Of a stretch of DNA of 64,000 nucleotides, positions 33,453 through 43,537 are shown one piece after another. Position 1 is the first letter of the stretch, and the number at the start of each line of letters is the position of its first letter. This stretch comes from Desulfurococcales archaeon (GTDB lineage Archaea > Thermoproteota > Thermoprotei_A > Sulfolobales > Desulfurococcaceae), in contig JALVYU010000007.1 in NCBI GenBank assembly GCA_027022365.1, positions 1 through 64,000 on the forward strand. Reading direction: 5' to 3'. A program made the translations under genes and the position numbers. Under the pieces are notes generated by a model. The model was given only the letters and a program-made list of their open reading frames with translations. It made no database searches and was not told where the DNA came from.

Positions 33453-35470
33453 TGGCCTGCAATCGGTAATGGTGTTCTGAACGTCACATATCCCATTCTA
33501 AGTGCATGGGTTTTGAGAAGCCCAACTCTATCGCTTGCCCTAAGAATAAGATCACGATACTCTCCTGGTATGTCTAGGCTGGGTAGCTGACTCTTATCCG
33601 TTCTCAATATGATCTTAGTATTGGACAGCTGTAGAATTATGTCGTGGACATCCTTTGGTGAATGTGTTGAGAATATGATGCCGAGCCTTCTGGCTCTTCC
33701 AAGCCTTGCAATCCTGTCGATCATTCCTGACACATGCTCTATGTATTCTTCCTTACCGCCTCCTCTCGATGGGAAAAACCTGTGTGCCTCATCCATGATT
33801 ATAATGACTGGCTGGGTAGCGATCCTTTTCCTAGACATTGTCAACTTCCATTCAAACACCTTGTTAAGTATTCTGAACGCAGCAATACTTATGATCTTGT
33901 CAGGATCAGAAGGGCTGTTCTCCTGGAGGTATTCTAGATCAACAACTATCGGGTATCCCTTCATCAGACCATGGTGTTTCTCAAGTATTAATCCTATTGA
34001 TGGTTCATGGAGGTACTTTTCCTCGCCAATACCTCCCGGAACACAGATATCGAACAAGCCAGTATCTATTAGAGAACCTATCTGTCTAAGCATGTTTTCA
34101 ATTGTAGACTTATGTATTGCGAGCTCCTTGATAAGCTCGATAACATATTCCTTGTTAGGATTCAGCACGGGGCCTTTGTGCGACGCGCCTGGTTTTTCGC
34201 GTAACCTGTATCTAGCCTCTTGTAATGCCTCGTATAACTCGCTGAGAGATTCAAGTTCAGCATTTTTGGATTTAAGATAATTGAGTAGCCTGAGCAGCCC
34301 ATCTTTAGCCTGCCTAGTGAAGTAAGGGTTAAGTGAGATGAAATCTCTGGGCGACATGTCCTTGAATCTGAATCCGTAGGGCACTATGAATAGCTCTATA
34401 TATTCTTTCTCATCTCCATAACTAACACCTATATTCATTTTCACTATACGTAGGGGTGTTCTTCCCGGTTCTTCGATAATTTCTATCTCCTCTACCCAGC
34501 TATTCCACCCCATTCTCTCAGCTATGGGCTCGTAGGTGGATTCATAGTATTCCTCCGCGATCATCTTGAGGAGCCTGGGCCAAGACACTTGCTCTTCATT
34601 AACTAGTCTCTCGACGAGATGACTTGTGATCGGTAGTATTATGACAAGGCCTCTAGGTCTACTGATGTTTTCAAGCGTCCTCTTAAGCATTCTTTCTTCG
34701 AGTTCCTTATCAATGCCCTCATAAAACTCCCATGTAGGTTTAAGGGGCAATGTGACGTAGTCGCGGTTAGGATCCATTATCAATAAACTTGTGCTCTGAT
34801 CGTTGAAATTATAATGGCTCGTGAACGCTGAGATCATGTTCTTGAGTAGAGTAGTTTTCCCCGAGCCAGTGGTTCCCAGTATGAGTGTGTGTTGATAGAA
34901 TGTTTTTAGAGGAACATATACTTGAACCGAAGCGCTGAATATCGGTCTATCTCCGGTTGTCACATATCCTATGAACACGCCTTTCGTTGGAAGACCTAGG
35001 ATCTTTTGGACTACGGCGGGGTCTCTCGGCATGATTACAGGTGATTGAGGCTCAATAACAGTATTCGATGCCTCGACAACCCCTGTCTCGACATTATATG
35101 TTAGGAGAGGTTTGCCGTAGATCCTAGTCTTGGTCAATAAGCCTGCGGGCTCTCTTTCCGGCATAGAGATGGTGAGATCGGGAAGATTAAGTTCTGCAAT
35201 GACATCTCTTCGCTCCACCTTAACTATCCTTATACTGGTAATAGCCAGAGTTTTGATATCGACAATTGCTAGAAAGTTGCCAGCACTAGCTATCTCTTGG
35301 AATTTCTTAAAATATACGTGTGGCTCAACATCGAAGACCACTAAGCCGCCTTCCTCTGATATGCTTGAAGGACTTGTGCGTGAAACCCAGCCTATGATCT
35401 CACCGTACTTCTCGGCGATAGATATGGCTTGTTGCATCCTCTGCCTTATGGATAGCAGCATGTCATCCAA
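33431..35470 (-). CDS. HerA/FtsK-family ATPase with N-terminal HAS-barrel-like region
   Basis: QHTLILGTTGSGKT (Walker A), IIMDEAHRFFP (Walker B), ARLGRARRLG arginine finger, STH. Confidence 0.9.
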   Translation of the reverse strand: MDDMLLSIRQRMQQAISIAEKYGEIIGWVSRTSPSSISEEGGLVVFDVEPHVYFKKFQEIASAGNFLAIVDIKTLAITSIRIVKVERRDVIAELNLPDLTISMPEREPAGLLTKTRIYGKPLLTYNVETGVVEASNTVIEPQSPVIMPRDPAVVQKILGLPTKGVFIGYVTTGDRPIFSASVQVYVPLKTFYQHTLILGTTGSGKTTLLKNMISAFTSHYNFNDQSTSLLIMDPNRDYVTLPLKPTWEFYEGIDKELEERMLKRTLENISRPRGLVIILPITSHLVERLVNEEQVSWPRLLKMIAEEYYESTYEPIAERMGWNSWVEEIEIIEEPGRTPLRIVKMNIGVSYGDEKEYIELFIVPYGFRFKDMSPRDFISLNPYFTRQAKDGLLRLLNYLKSKNAELESLSELYEALQEARYRLREKPGASHKGPVLNPNKEYVIELIKELAIHKSTIENMLRQIGSLIDTGLFDICVPGGIGEEKYLHEPSIGLILEKHHGLMKGYPIVVDLEYLQENSPSDPDKIISIAAFRILNKVFEWKLTMSRKRIATQPVIIIMDEAHRFFPSRGGGKEEYIEHVSGMIDRIARLGRARRLGIIFSTHSPKDVHDIILQLSNTKIILRTDKSQLPSLDIPGEYRDLILRASDRVGLLKTHALRMGYVTFRTPLPIAGHYDLSAL

Positions 35471-36746
35471 TGAAGTATCCCTCTATCGAGCGCATCGAGT
35501 CATAGGTCAGGGGGACACCGTTATCTTCTAGTAGTCTTATAAAGTAGTTTGTAATCCCCCTAGATACATCTTTGGCTAGTTTATCGGCGATAAGGATTGA
35601 TAGAGGTATAACGGTTCCTGACAATAGTGAATCTATTAATGGCGGGGTACATGGATGGTCGTATGTTTTAAGAATAAATGAGAGATCATGCTCGAGAAAC
35701 TCTACTCTGTAGAAGCCGTAGGGCGCCACACCTGTATTAATAGCGTATCTATGTCTAGGGAGTCCAATATAGTATACGATCTTAGGGGGTATGTCTGCTA
35801 GTTCTTGCGGAGCCCCTATCTTGATGGGCCCTATTATGAACGGCTTAGCAGAGACGTTCTTAAATACTGAGCGAGTATACAGTATAAGGTAAGCCTGATC
35901 ATTTATTTTTGCTCCACCCGTCAGGCCCGCTGGATCAACACATGATAAAATATATGAGTTTTCAAGCCGTTTCACAATTCCATAAACGAGTGTATTTTTC
36001 TTCTTATGTCTAAGTATCTCGAGTCTTTCCTTGATCAGTGCTTTCCAGCTAGCAATATAATCGTCAACCCTCCCTCTGCTTGGTGGTTTCAGTGAAGAAT
36101 ACATACTTGCCAGTTTAGGCACTATGTAGATAGGCCCGTCGAGGAAAACAACGCTGCCGGATCCGCTACTTGTATTCATCAGAATCATAGAAAGTACATG
36201 GTTCTCAATGACTAGTCTAAGTTCATCTAGAGCAACATATCGATTATATGTTTCGTCGTATGGCGTTCCTGCAGGATTATGAGTCATTACGCATGGGTTC
36301 TTAAGGATTATATCATCGGGGCCGGAAAAGGGGATTATAACCATCCATTTACAATCCTGGCACAGCACGGGATCTTTTCCTATTATCCCCATAATTGACG
36401 GGCACTCGACTTTATCTCCATACCTATAGTTTACACCGACACCAAACCCCATTCCCATGAAAAAGAACGGAGATGTTATAGTTCGTGTACTACTGTCCAC
36501 ACCATAAATAGGTATGAAAGTATTATGTTTGCGGAGATCATCTACATCGATTATTTCAATTATATTGTCATCCAAAACCTGTATCTTATTATCATCAACG
36601 TACTCGATCCTCGCCTCAAATAGAGGTTGGGCTGTTTCTGATTCATCAACAAAGCGTGTCATTCGATTATTTCTTTTTACTAGACCTATTAGATCCTTTG
36701 CTATCCCGCTAAATATTCCGGTATCCATGGGTATCCCTAAAATCAC
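35463..36746 (-). CDS. NurA-family nuclease
   Basis: YGVDSS, R..E, VFLDGP, GIVKR and P..L.IAD.LAK motifs; overlaps the herA-like start. Confidence 0.82.
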   Translation of the reverse strand: MILGIPMDTGIFSGIAKDLIGLVKRNNRMTRFVDESETAQPLFEARIEYVDDNKIQVLDDNIIEIIDVDDLRKHNTFIPIYGVDSSTRTITSPFFFMGMGFGVGVNYRYGDKVECPSIMGIIGKDPVLCQDCKWMVIIPFSGPDDIILKNPCVMTHNPAGTPYDETYNRYVALDELRLVIENHVLSMILMNTSSGSGSVVFLDGPIYIVPKLASMYSSLKPPSRGRVDDYIASWKALIKERLEILRHKKKNTLVYGIVKRLENSYILSCVDPAGLTGGAKINDQAYLILYTRSVFKNVSAKPFIIGPIKIGAPQELADIPPKIVYYIGLPRHRYAINTGVAPYGFYRVEFLEHDLSFILKTYDHPCTPPLIDSLLSGTVIPLSILIADKLAKDVSRGITNYFIRLLEDNGVPLTYDSMRSIEGYFIG

Positions 36747-36800
36747 TCAAATCAAGGTATCCCTATATATTCTGGCAGTGTTAATCATTTCTCGGATACG

Positions 36801-37526
36801 GTGTATTTGAGGATGCAGATAATCAGTACTATTAGGTTAGCAGGTGCAATATTCATAGTGGCATCATTAATGGCTGCATTCTATCTAGGCTCAATACTAG
36901 TCAACGACTACATGCCGATAATATCTGGTATTGTCAATCTTAAAGTGAGCTATAGAATACTTTCAGCATCCCTCTATAATCAAAATAGCTCAAATTTATA
37001 CTTCGAAATGATAGTGTCTCTTAACCCAAGTCTCAAACTGAATAATACAAGACTCATGATCGGGGGTTATGTATTCAATTGTTGGATGAATAACACCAAC
37101 AGCTATTTATGCTATGTAAATATATCATCAGAAGAAGTCTCGGGATCAACGAGGATCATATTTAGCGGAAGGCATATAGGGATTATTTCTTATAGTATTG
37201 AGAAAAACCTTACATGCATAAATAATATCCTTGATGAGGTGACACCAAGTATTTCGAACATATACTGTATATCGACCAATAATCATACGAAATATCTTTT
37301 AATCGAGATAAGTTCAAAATACTATTACACCGGAAGTTTTAAGATAAAATTCATATATACAAACTTGACACTAACTAAAGAGTTCAACATGACGATCCAG
37401 CCCAATACAACGTCTTTTCTCAAAATAAAGAGTGTTTGTACCGGTGAACTAATCAAGATCATACTCTATTATCCATTCAACTACACTAAGACATATGCGG
37501 TGGTGAAAAATGAGGAAAGCATCTAG
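36801..37526 (+). CDS. Putative membrane-anchored secreted glycoprotein (start probably ATG 36813)
   Basis: N-terminal TM/signal helix; Asn/Ser/Thr-rich with about 10 NxS/T sequons. Confidence 0.65.
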   Translation: MYLRMQIISTIRLAGAIFIVASLMAAFYLGSILVNDYMPIISGIVNLKVSYRILSASLYNQNSSNLYFEMIVSLNPSLKLNNTRLMIGGYVFNCWMNNTNSYLCYVNISSEEVSGSTRIIFSGRHIGIISYSIEKNLTCINNILDEVTPSISNIYCISTNNHTKYLLIEISSKYYYTGSFKIKFIYTNLTLTKEFNMTIQPNTTSFLKIKSVCTGELIKIILYYPFNYTKTYAVVKNEESI

Positions 37527-37983
37527 AAATTCCTTTCTATTCTTGTTATTATCGCTGATTATTGTTGCATTATTACCGTTAATATCACTGGATTTTCCAT
37601 TGATAACGGGGCTTGTAAACTTACCTGCTCTATTATTCCAAGTAATCATATCCACGTTTATGATCGTTTCCTCCCTTATTATGTCATCAATTCTAATTTA
37701 TAGTGTAAGGAGTGTATTTGTTGAAATAATTCTAGCAGTAATCACAATGGTACTTGGTATTGTACGTGTTCTTATTGACCCTTTTGCCGAATACTCTATC
37801 GTAATAGACGGTCTTCATGTATACATCAATAATGATGTCTTGGTCGACGTGCTCCTATTAGTGATCATACTTTTTTATACTGGCTATATCTTATTAGACG
37901 TAACTAGAATTATTGAGAAGAGAAGTCTCGAGACCATATATAGGAGACGCAAGAAGATTGAACACTATATGAGAGAAAACTAG
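37510..37983 (+). CDS. Hypothetical 4-TM membrane protein
   Basis: Hydrophobic helices, basic C-terminal tail; overlaps the upstream gene. Confidence 0.7.
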   Translation: MRKASRNSFLFLLLSLIIVALLPLISLDFPLITGLVNLPALLFQVIISTFMIVSSLIMSSILIYSVRSVFVEIILAVITMVLGIVRVLIDPFAEYSIVIDGLHVYINNDVLVDVLLLVIILFYTGYILLDVTRIIEKRSLETIYRRRKKIEHYMREN

Positions 37984-37995
37984 CGGTGAACAATT

Positions 37996-39012
37996 TTGAC
38001 CAGGTATCCTAGAGTATTTATAGGAGGAGATTGGGACGCCGACGGAGTAGTGGCGGCAGCGCTGCTTGTTTACTCGCAGGAGAAACTCGGTAAATACCCT
38101 ATTGAGTCCAAGGCGATCGTTGATAGGAGACCAGTCGATCCTGAGAGGCTAAAGTTTATATTAAATGATATGCGTGCAGACTATGATCTAATGATCCTGC
38201 TGGATATCCCTTACACAAAATATATTCCCAACATCTTAAAGCTAATGAAAAGCCATTTCGGCGTCAAAAAGATAATCTACATAGATCATCATCTGTCAAC
38301 GATCTCAAATATCAAGAACCTGGAGAGTGTAATAGACGAGGTCATAGTAGACCACAAGATGCCCACAGCCGCAATAGTAGAGAAAATTCTGAGAGAACAC
38401 GGCATCGAACCGCATGCTAGGCTGAGAAGCTTCGTAGAAGTCGTGAAATACATGGACAGCGGAAGAAGAGTGCCTCAGAAGTACATGAAGTTATTCGAAA
38501 TGGCTTCTCTCTTCAGCAAGGCCTTAACGGTTATGCGTGATGAGAAAGTATGGGTGAAGATCGTCAACTGGCTAGCGACACCAGCCGCCCTGCCTATGCC
38601 CTTGGATCAAAAAATACTTAGCAAGGTTAGAGAGGCAATTGCTAGGCGCGACCAGGAGATAAAGGATATGGCTATAGATCTTGCAATGTCTGCGGAGAAG
38701 ATCGGTGAGATCAGATTTATTGATGCTAGGAGCAAGTGGAAGCATCGCGGCGGCACCGCTCTAGCTTCGAAAATAGCCTCAATCGTTAAGAGCCCTGTAG
38801 CGCTTCTTGTGACTACACGTAAAAACTATAGCTTGCTGATCATAAAAGCGTCTGGTGGTAAGGCTTATAGAATAGCGAAGTATCTAGTGGCCGAGGGCCT
38901 GGGCCACGATATTGCCGGTCATCCTAACCTTGCAATTGTAAGAGTTCCGAAAGACCCTGATCTCAAGAAACTAAAAGAGATGCTGCTGACGGCTCAGTAC
39001 TATACTCCCTAG
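37996..39012 (+). CDS. DHH-family phosphoesterase
   Basis: DWDADG, LLD, YIDHH and C-terminal AGH. Confidence 0.85.
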   Translation: MTRYPRVFIGGDWDADGVVAAALLVYSQEKLGKYPIESKAIVDRRPVDPERLKFILNDMRADYDLMILLDIPYTKYIPNILKLMKSHFGVKKIIYIDHHLSTISNIKNLESVIDEVIVDHKMPTAAIVEKILREHGIEPHARLRSFVEVVKYMDSGRRVPQKYMKLFEMASLFSKALTVMRDEKVWVKIVNWLATPAALPMPLDQKILSKVREAIARRDQEIKDMAIDLAMSAEKIGEIRFIDARSKWKHRGGTALASKIASIVKSPVALLVTTRKNYSLLIIKASGGKAYRIAKYLVAEGLGHDIAGHPNLAIVRVPKDPDLKKLKEMLLTAQYYTP

Positions 39013-40316
39013 ACCCTATTTTCTAGGAACTCCCTATACTCTGCATATACTGGATCGTTTCTGATGCTTCGAAGCATTGGGGAGTTGTGTATTATCAGGT
39101 GCTCCCATCCACGAAGGCTCGGACAGATATAGCATCCTAGCCTGTAGAAGCCCTCCCCATATAGGGGGTTCAATGGTATGTTTCTATAGAGCATGTATAG
39201 CTGTAGTGTAAGTGTGGACCATTGTTTAAGTGGTGCGATCCGCGTATATTTCTCTGTAACAATAACCGGTGGGCGACGACTCCGCGCCTCAGACTCAACA
39301 TCTCTATCCCCGACAACAATCAAGCATCTAGACCCTCTGCAGAGATCGGCGTATTTTTTCTCGAGAGCGGATATTTTGAGCGCGGTGCACCATCTGTTAT
39401 TGGTCGTAGGGAATCCCTTCTCGCCGAGATGTTCTTTCAAACTGAGCTTTACTCTGTGGATATAAACCCCGAGTTTTTCCCCGAGGACTTCTATAAATTC
39501 TTTGTTCACAGGCATATCCACATCTATATCTACGAAGACACCCTCAACTCTACCCTTGTAGACCTTTTTCGCCAGGTACAATGCTGTTGCACTATCTTTA
39601 CCCCCACTAACAGGGACGATGACCCGCTCATAATCATTTGAGAACTTCTCTAGAAAGCTAACGACGATATTCTCTTCCTTTTCGAGGTACTCGATATTGT
39701 TCCGAACAAGATCATGTGGATCAATAGGAGACGGGTTTTCCCCGGAATACTTCGGGGATCCGATATTATCAGGTACTGATAGTATACCTTTAACCCCTGA
39801 AGCATCGATGATTAAGTGTTTTCCTCCGAGCATTCTAAGGGCGAGATAAGCTCCTTCACCCAAACCGATCTTTTTAGACACGCTCTTAGCTACATACAGT
39901 ATAAACAAATCCATATATGGCTCGGGATCAGGGATCAATAGTTTTGCCGTTCTACCTAGAACTATTTCTCCGTCCAAACAGCTAATTCTTAGCCTTTGAA
40001 GCGATCTGGCTTTCTCGAAAAACCATGCTAGATGCTCTATTCTAGTATTCCTCACTCTACTCCTATTAATGAGATATACGACATTGTTAAATCTATCGAC
40101 ATCCTTAACAAATTCATAGGTTTCTCGATCTCTTCTGCCCAGGAGAATGAAATTGTAGCATGTGTCCTTCAGAAGATCCTCTAATATGTGTTCTAATCGG
40201 CTAGTTCTGCCTCCTTTTAGCGTATTGATTGTTATCGGCCACTCCCTATAGAAGTGCTCAACCATAGACTCTACCGCGCCGGCATCGCTCCGCGACTTGA
40301 CTAATATCTGATACAT
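39009..40316 (-). CDS. PAPS-reductase-family PP-loop protein
   Basis: VSGGKDS, RWCTALK, GDRDVES..R, LYGEGFYRLGCYICP. Confidence 0.85.
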   Translation of the reverse strand: MYQILVKSRSDAGAVESMVEHFYREWPITINTLKGGRTSRLEHILEDLLKDTCYNFILLGRRDRETYEFVKDVDRFNNVVYLINRSRVRNTRIEHLAWFFEKARSLQRLRISCLDGEIVLGRTAKLLIPDPEPYMDLFILYVAKSVSKKIGLGEGAYLALRMLGGKHLIIDASGVKGILSVPDNIGSPKYSGENPSPIDPHDLVRNNIEYLEKEENIVVSFLEKFSNDYERVIVPVSGGKDSATALYLAKKVYKGRVEGVFVDIDVDMPVNKEFIEVLGEKLGVYIHRVKLSLKEHLGEKGFPTTNNRWCTALKISALEKKYADLCRGSRCLIVVGDRDVESEARSRRPPVIVTEKYTRIAPLKQWSTLTLQLYMLYRNIPLNPLYGEGFYRLGCYICPSLRGWEHLIIHNSPMLRSIRNDPVYAEYREFLENRV

Positions 40317-40379
40317 TATGTTCCCCGCTCAGCAACCATAATTACGCTTATCCATAGCATAATATTATGAGGTGTTAGA

Positions 40380-41420
40380 GTGGTTACTATAGTTTCTTCA
40401 AAGGCATTTATGACTATGCATAAACCATGGTATGAGCATCCCGAAAATCCTGGGAGAATAGCAACGGTAGTTAATGCTGTTGAAAAGGTGGGATATGATG
40501 TACAGTGGGAAGAATATGTTCGAGACCAGGATGAAGGATTAAAGATAGCGGAGAAGATACATGTGAGAGGATACATCGATTATCTGAAAAGAACGAAGAA
40601 TAAGACGCCATGCGAACTAGATCCAGACACATATTTTGTTGATGACACATTAGAACTAGCGCTCTTTGCTTTAAACCTATCCTACGAAGCATCAATACAT
40701 GCACGACGAAGTAATGATATCTATCTTGTTCTGCTAAGACCGCCTGGACATCATGCTGGAAGAGCTGGGAAAGCAATGGGCGCTCCTACACAAGGTTTCT
40801 GTATTCTAAACAATGCGGCTGCGGCCACGATAAGCTTCCTGGAGCAGGGTTATCGACGAATAGCTGTTCTTGATGTTGACGTCCATTGTGGTAATGGTAC
40901 TGAGGAGATTTTCTATGAAAGAAATGATGTGTTAAATATTGATATTCATAGGGATCCAGCCGATTTCTATCCTTTCACATGTTTTCCTGAACAGATAGGC
41001 AAAGGTCGTGGGGAAGGGTATGCAGTAAACCTATTGCTTCCTCCTAGGGCCGGAGACGATATATTCTTGAAGTTCATAGAAATTGTAGAGACAATTGCCA
41101 CTTCCTATAACCCAGAGGCATTGGTGGTTTCTTTAGGACTCGATGGATATCTTGGTGATGGGCTCTCTGATACCCGTCTAACTAGTGCGTCATATCATTC
41201 GGTGGGTTCTCTTATCAAGAAACTTGGATTACCTACGGTGATCTTGCTTGAGGGAGGGTATTCAAGAGGATTAGAATACGGCGTCGATGCTTTCCTAGAC
41301 GGAATAAGTGGTCGTAGGATCAGGTTTAAGAGAAAAACCACAACACCTGTTTTGCTCCTTAAAGAATATCTAGGTACGGCGAGAGATATCATCAGAAGGA
41401 TTGGATGGCTAGAGAAGTGA
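40380..41420 (+). CDS. Histone deacetylase / acetoin-utilization family deacetylase
   Basis: HPENPGR, RPPGHHAG, GFCILNN, DVDVHCGNGT, LEGGY. Confidence 0.93.
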   Translation: MVTIVSSKAFMTMHKPWYEHPENPGRIATVVNAVEKVGYDVQWEEYVRDQDEGLKIAEKIHVRGYIDYLKRTKNKTPCELDPDTYFVDDTLELALFALNLSYEASIHARRSNDIYLVLLRPPGHHAGRAGKAMGAPTQGFCILNNAAAATISFLEQGYRRIAVLDVDVHCGNGTEEIFYERNDVLNIDIHRDPADFYPFTCFPEQIGKGRGEGYAVNLLLPPRAGDDIFLKFIEIVETIATSYNPEALVVSLGLDGYLGDGLSDTRLTSASYHSVGSLIKKLGLPTVILLEGGYSRGLEYGVDAFLDGISGRRIRFKRKTTTPVLLLKEYLGTARDIIRRIGWLEK

Positions 41421-41426
41421 GTACGT

Positions 41427-41975
41427 ATGGTTGTTAATGATAGGGGAGAAGAGGTGGAGGCTAAGTACAGGATAACGTGCACGGTTGATAGTATTATGGA
41501 GAAGCTGCCCCGTCTTGGCGCTATCTATAAAGAAGCTGTTGATGAGGAAGACACTTATTTCCAGCACCCATGCAGGGATTTCTCAGAAACGGATGAAGCT
41601 CTACGCATTAGGCGCATGGTTAGGAATGGCCTTGAGAAATGGGTTTTAACGTATAAGGGCCCCAGACAAATGATCGGTGAGGTCAAGATACGTGAAGAAA
41701 TAGAGGCGGAACTACAAGATCCTGAGAAGTTCCGGAGAATACTTGAGAAACTAGGATTTATGGAAGTGGCAACTATTGCCAAGAAGCGGCTTGTATATAG
41801 CTATGATGGATGTGAGATTCTAATTGACCATGTAAACGGGCTGGGCAAGTTTTTGGAGATCGAATGTAAAGACCGTAATAAGATCGATATAATACGGAAA
41901 CCTCTAAGTAATTGTCTAGAACCAGTGTATAAAACATACCTAGAACTATATATGGAAAAAGGTGGCGATGTATGA
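41427..41975 (+). CDS. cyaB: CYTH-domain protein (class IV adenylate cyclase CyaB-like)
   Basis: EVEAK, DTYFQHP.RDF, ALRIR, LTYKGP, K.R, GLGKFLEIE. Confidence 0.88.
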   Translation: MVVNDRGEEVEAKYRITCTVDSIMEKLPRLGAIYKEAVDEEDTYFQHPCRDFSETDEALRIRRMVRNGLEKWVLTYKGPRQMIGEVKIREEIEAELQDPEKFRRILEKLGFMEVATIAKKRLVYSYDGCEILIDHVNGLGKFLEIECKDRNKIDIIRKPLSNCLEPVYKTYLELYMEKGGDV

Positions 41976-42460
41976 GTAGGGTTTTAAGCGTTGGAATAGG
42001 CGCTGTCGTGATAGATAAGGATAACAGGATCCTTTTGGTGAAACGGGGCCATCCCCCTGGCGAAGGTTATTGGGCTGTACCGGGTGGGCATCTCGAATAT
42101 GGAGAACACATTATTGAGGCCTGTCTCAGAGAGCTTGAAGAAGAGACGAGCATTAGGGGAATCCCACTGGGTGTCATATGGATTGACGAGATAATCCCTA
42201 ATGATTATCCCGGGTGCGATGAGCATTTTGTCCTAATAGACCTCCTAGTAGAACCACTCACAACTAAGGTCGTCCCGGGAAGCGATGCCGTCCAGGCAGG
42301 CTTCTACGAACTATCCGATCCACCCTCTCCGATAACCCCTCCTACTTCACGTTTAATACGTTTTATTAGGAAACACTTGGTTAGAGGAGAATATGTTATA
42401 GAAGCACTGAAGAAACATGTGCTTCCTTTACCCGGTGGACAAAAATGGAGTATTCAATAG
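41972..42460 (+). CDS. NUDIX hydrolase
   Basis: WAVPGGHLEYGEHIIEACLRELEEETS. Confidence 0.9.
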   Translation: MSRVLSVGIGAVVIDKDNRILLVKRGHPPGEGYWAVPGGHLEYGEHIIEACLRELEEETSIRGIPLGVIWIDEIIPNDYPGCDEHFVLIDLLVEPLTTKVVPGSDAVQAGFYELSDPPSPITPPTSRLIRFIRKHLVRGEYVIEALKKHVLPLPGGQKWSIQ

Positions 42461-43077
42461 GCCCTAGTCACAAGATCATATCAATAATATACAGGGATAG
42501 GATCAAGGAGCAAATGGAAAGGCTTGAGGAGCTCAGGGATCCCCACATAGTATATGTTACTGATCTAATCTCGTGTTCCCACAAGTACTTGTTACGGCGT
42601 AGTTTCCCGGAGCTAACAATTCATTTTGAACCCATAACAGTATTTGGTGATCTAATACATAAGGGGTTAGAAGCGTATCTCAGCGAGAAAGGATATGTTG
42701 TGGAAAAACCTATCGAGAAGACATATACTATAGATGACGAAAAATACATCCTTAAAGGAAGGGTTGACGCATACAATGAGGAAGAGGACATAGTAGTTGA
42801 AATAAAAAGCGGCAGAGGAAATCATAATCTCCCCAGAGAACACCATATACTCCAGCTACAGATCTATCTAAATATGCTCGATCTGGATAAAGGCGTCTTG
42901 ATCTACATTACCCCTGATAGGCTTCTCGAGTACAGTATTGATAGAACAGCCCTTGATATAGAGTCAATGCTTCGGGAACTAGTATATAATAGTGTGCATC
43001 CGAGATGGCAGTGGGAATGCAGGTATTGTATCTTCCAGCGTATATGCCCTTATAGATTACCGGAGCAGCCATCGTGA
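42445..43077 (+). CDS. cas4: Solo Cas4-family RecB-like exonuclease with Fe-S staple
   Basis: N-terminal Cys (SCSHK), GDLIH, GRVD, VEIKS, QLQIY, C-terminal CRYC...IC. Confidence 0.88.
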   Translation: MEYSIGPSHKIISIIYRDRIKEQMERLEELRDPHIVYVTDLISCSHKYLLRRSFPELTIHFEPITVFGDLIHKGLEAYLSEKGYVVEKPIEKTYTIDDEKYILKGRVDAYNEEEDIVVEIKSGRGNHNLPREHHILQLQIYLNMLDLDKGVLIYITPDRLLEYSIDRTALDIESMLRELVYNSVHPRWQWECRYCIFQRICPYRLPEQPS

Positions 43078-43457
43078 TTACAACAATCACTAATCTCTAG
43101 CACTACTTGATCACCATCCTTTAGGCCGAGTTCTCTGCGTAGGTATTTATCGGAAATAATTTCCGCTATTCTTTCATCATGACGAGTTACAAGGGGGCGG
43201 ACAAGATAGACACTGATACCCTCCAGCTTAGCACAGTATACTAGGACTGGAGAGTACTCTGGCGACGGTGGATCTACAACGATGTATTTATGTTTTACTA
43301 TGAATTCTTTCAACGGCTTCTCTATTCTTAAATTAAGCGTTCCCGGGTAGGGGATTATGCCTATTTTTCTCTTGAACTGGCTCGAGTAAAGCCGAACATA
43401 TTTCCTGCCTTCCCCTAGCCCTGATACTATTGTTCCTTTAATGATTGTTTTGGCCAT
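43050..43457 (-). CDS. ribK: CTP-dependent riboflavin kinase
   Basis: VSGLGEG, PYPGTLN, RP..T.H, EIISDKYLR..LGLKDGD. Confidence 0.92.
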   Translation of the reverse strand: MAKTIIKGTIVSGLGEGRKYVRLYSSQFKRKIGIIPYPGTLNLRIEKPLKEFIVKHKYIVVDPPSPEYSPVLVYCAKLEGISVYLVRPLVTRHDERIAEIISDKYLRRELGLKDGDQVVLEISDCCNHDGCSGNL

Positions 43458-43537
43458 GATCGCTTCTACCCATGAATAGCCCTGGCTCGGTATACAATGC
43501 CAATTATGAGAAACGATGTGCTTATGTAAAAAAGGGT

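Noticed and set aside
33431-37983. Ced DNA-import system (CedB plus CedA)
   Set aside because: The ATPase is soluble and coupled to NurA; the neighbouring membrane proteins do not match the 6-TM CedA plus small CedA1/A2 layout.
42445-43077. CRISPR-Cas locus
   Set aside because: No repeat-spacer array or other cas genes anywhere in the window.
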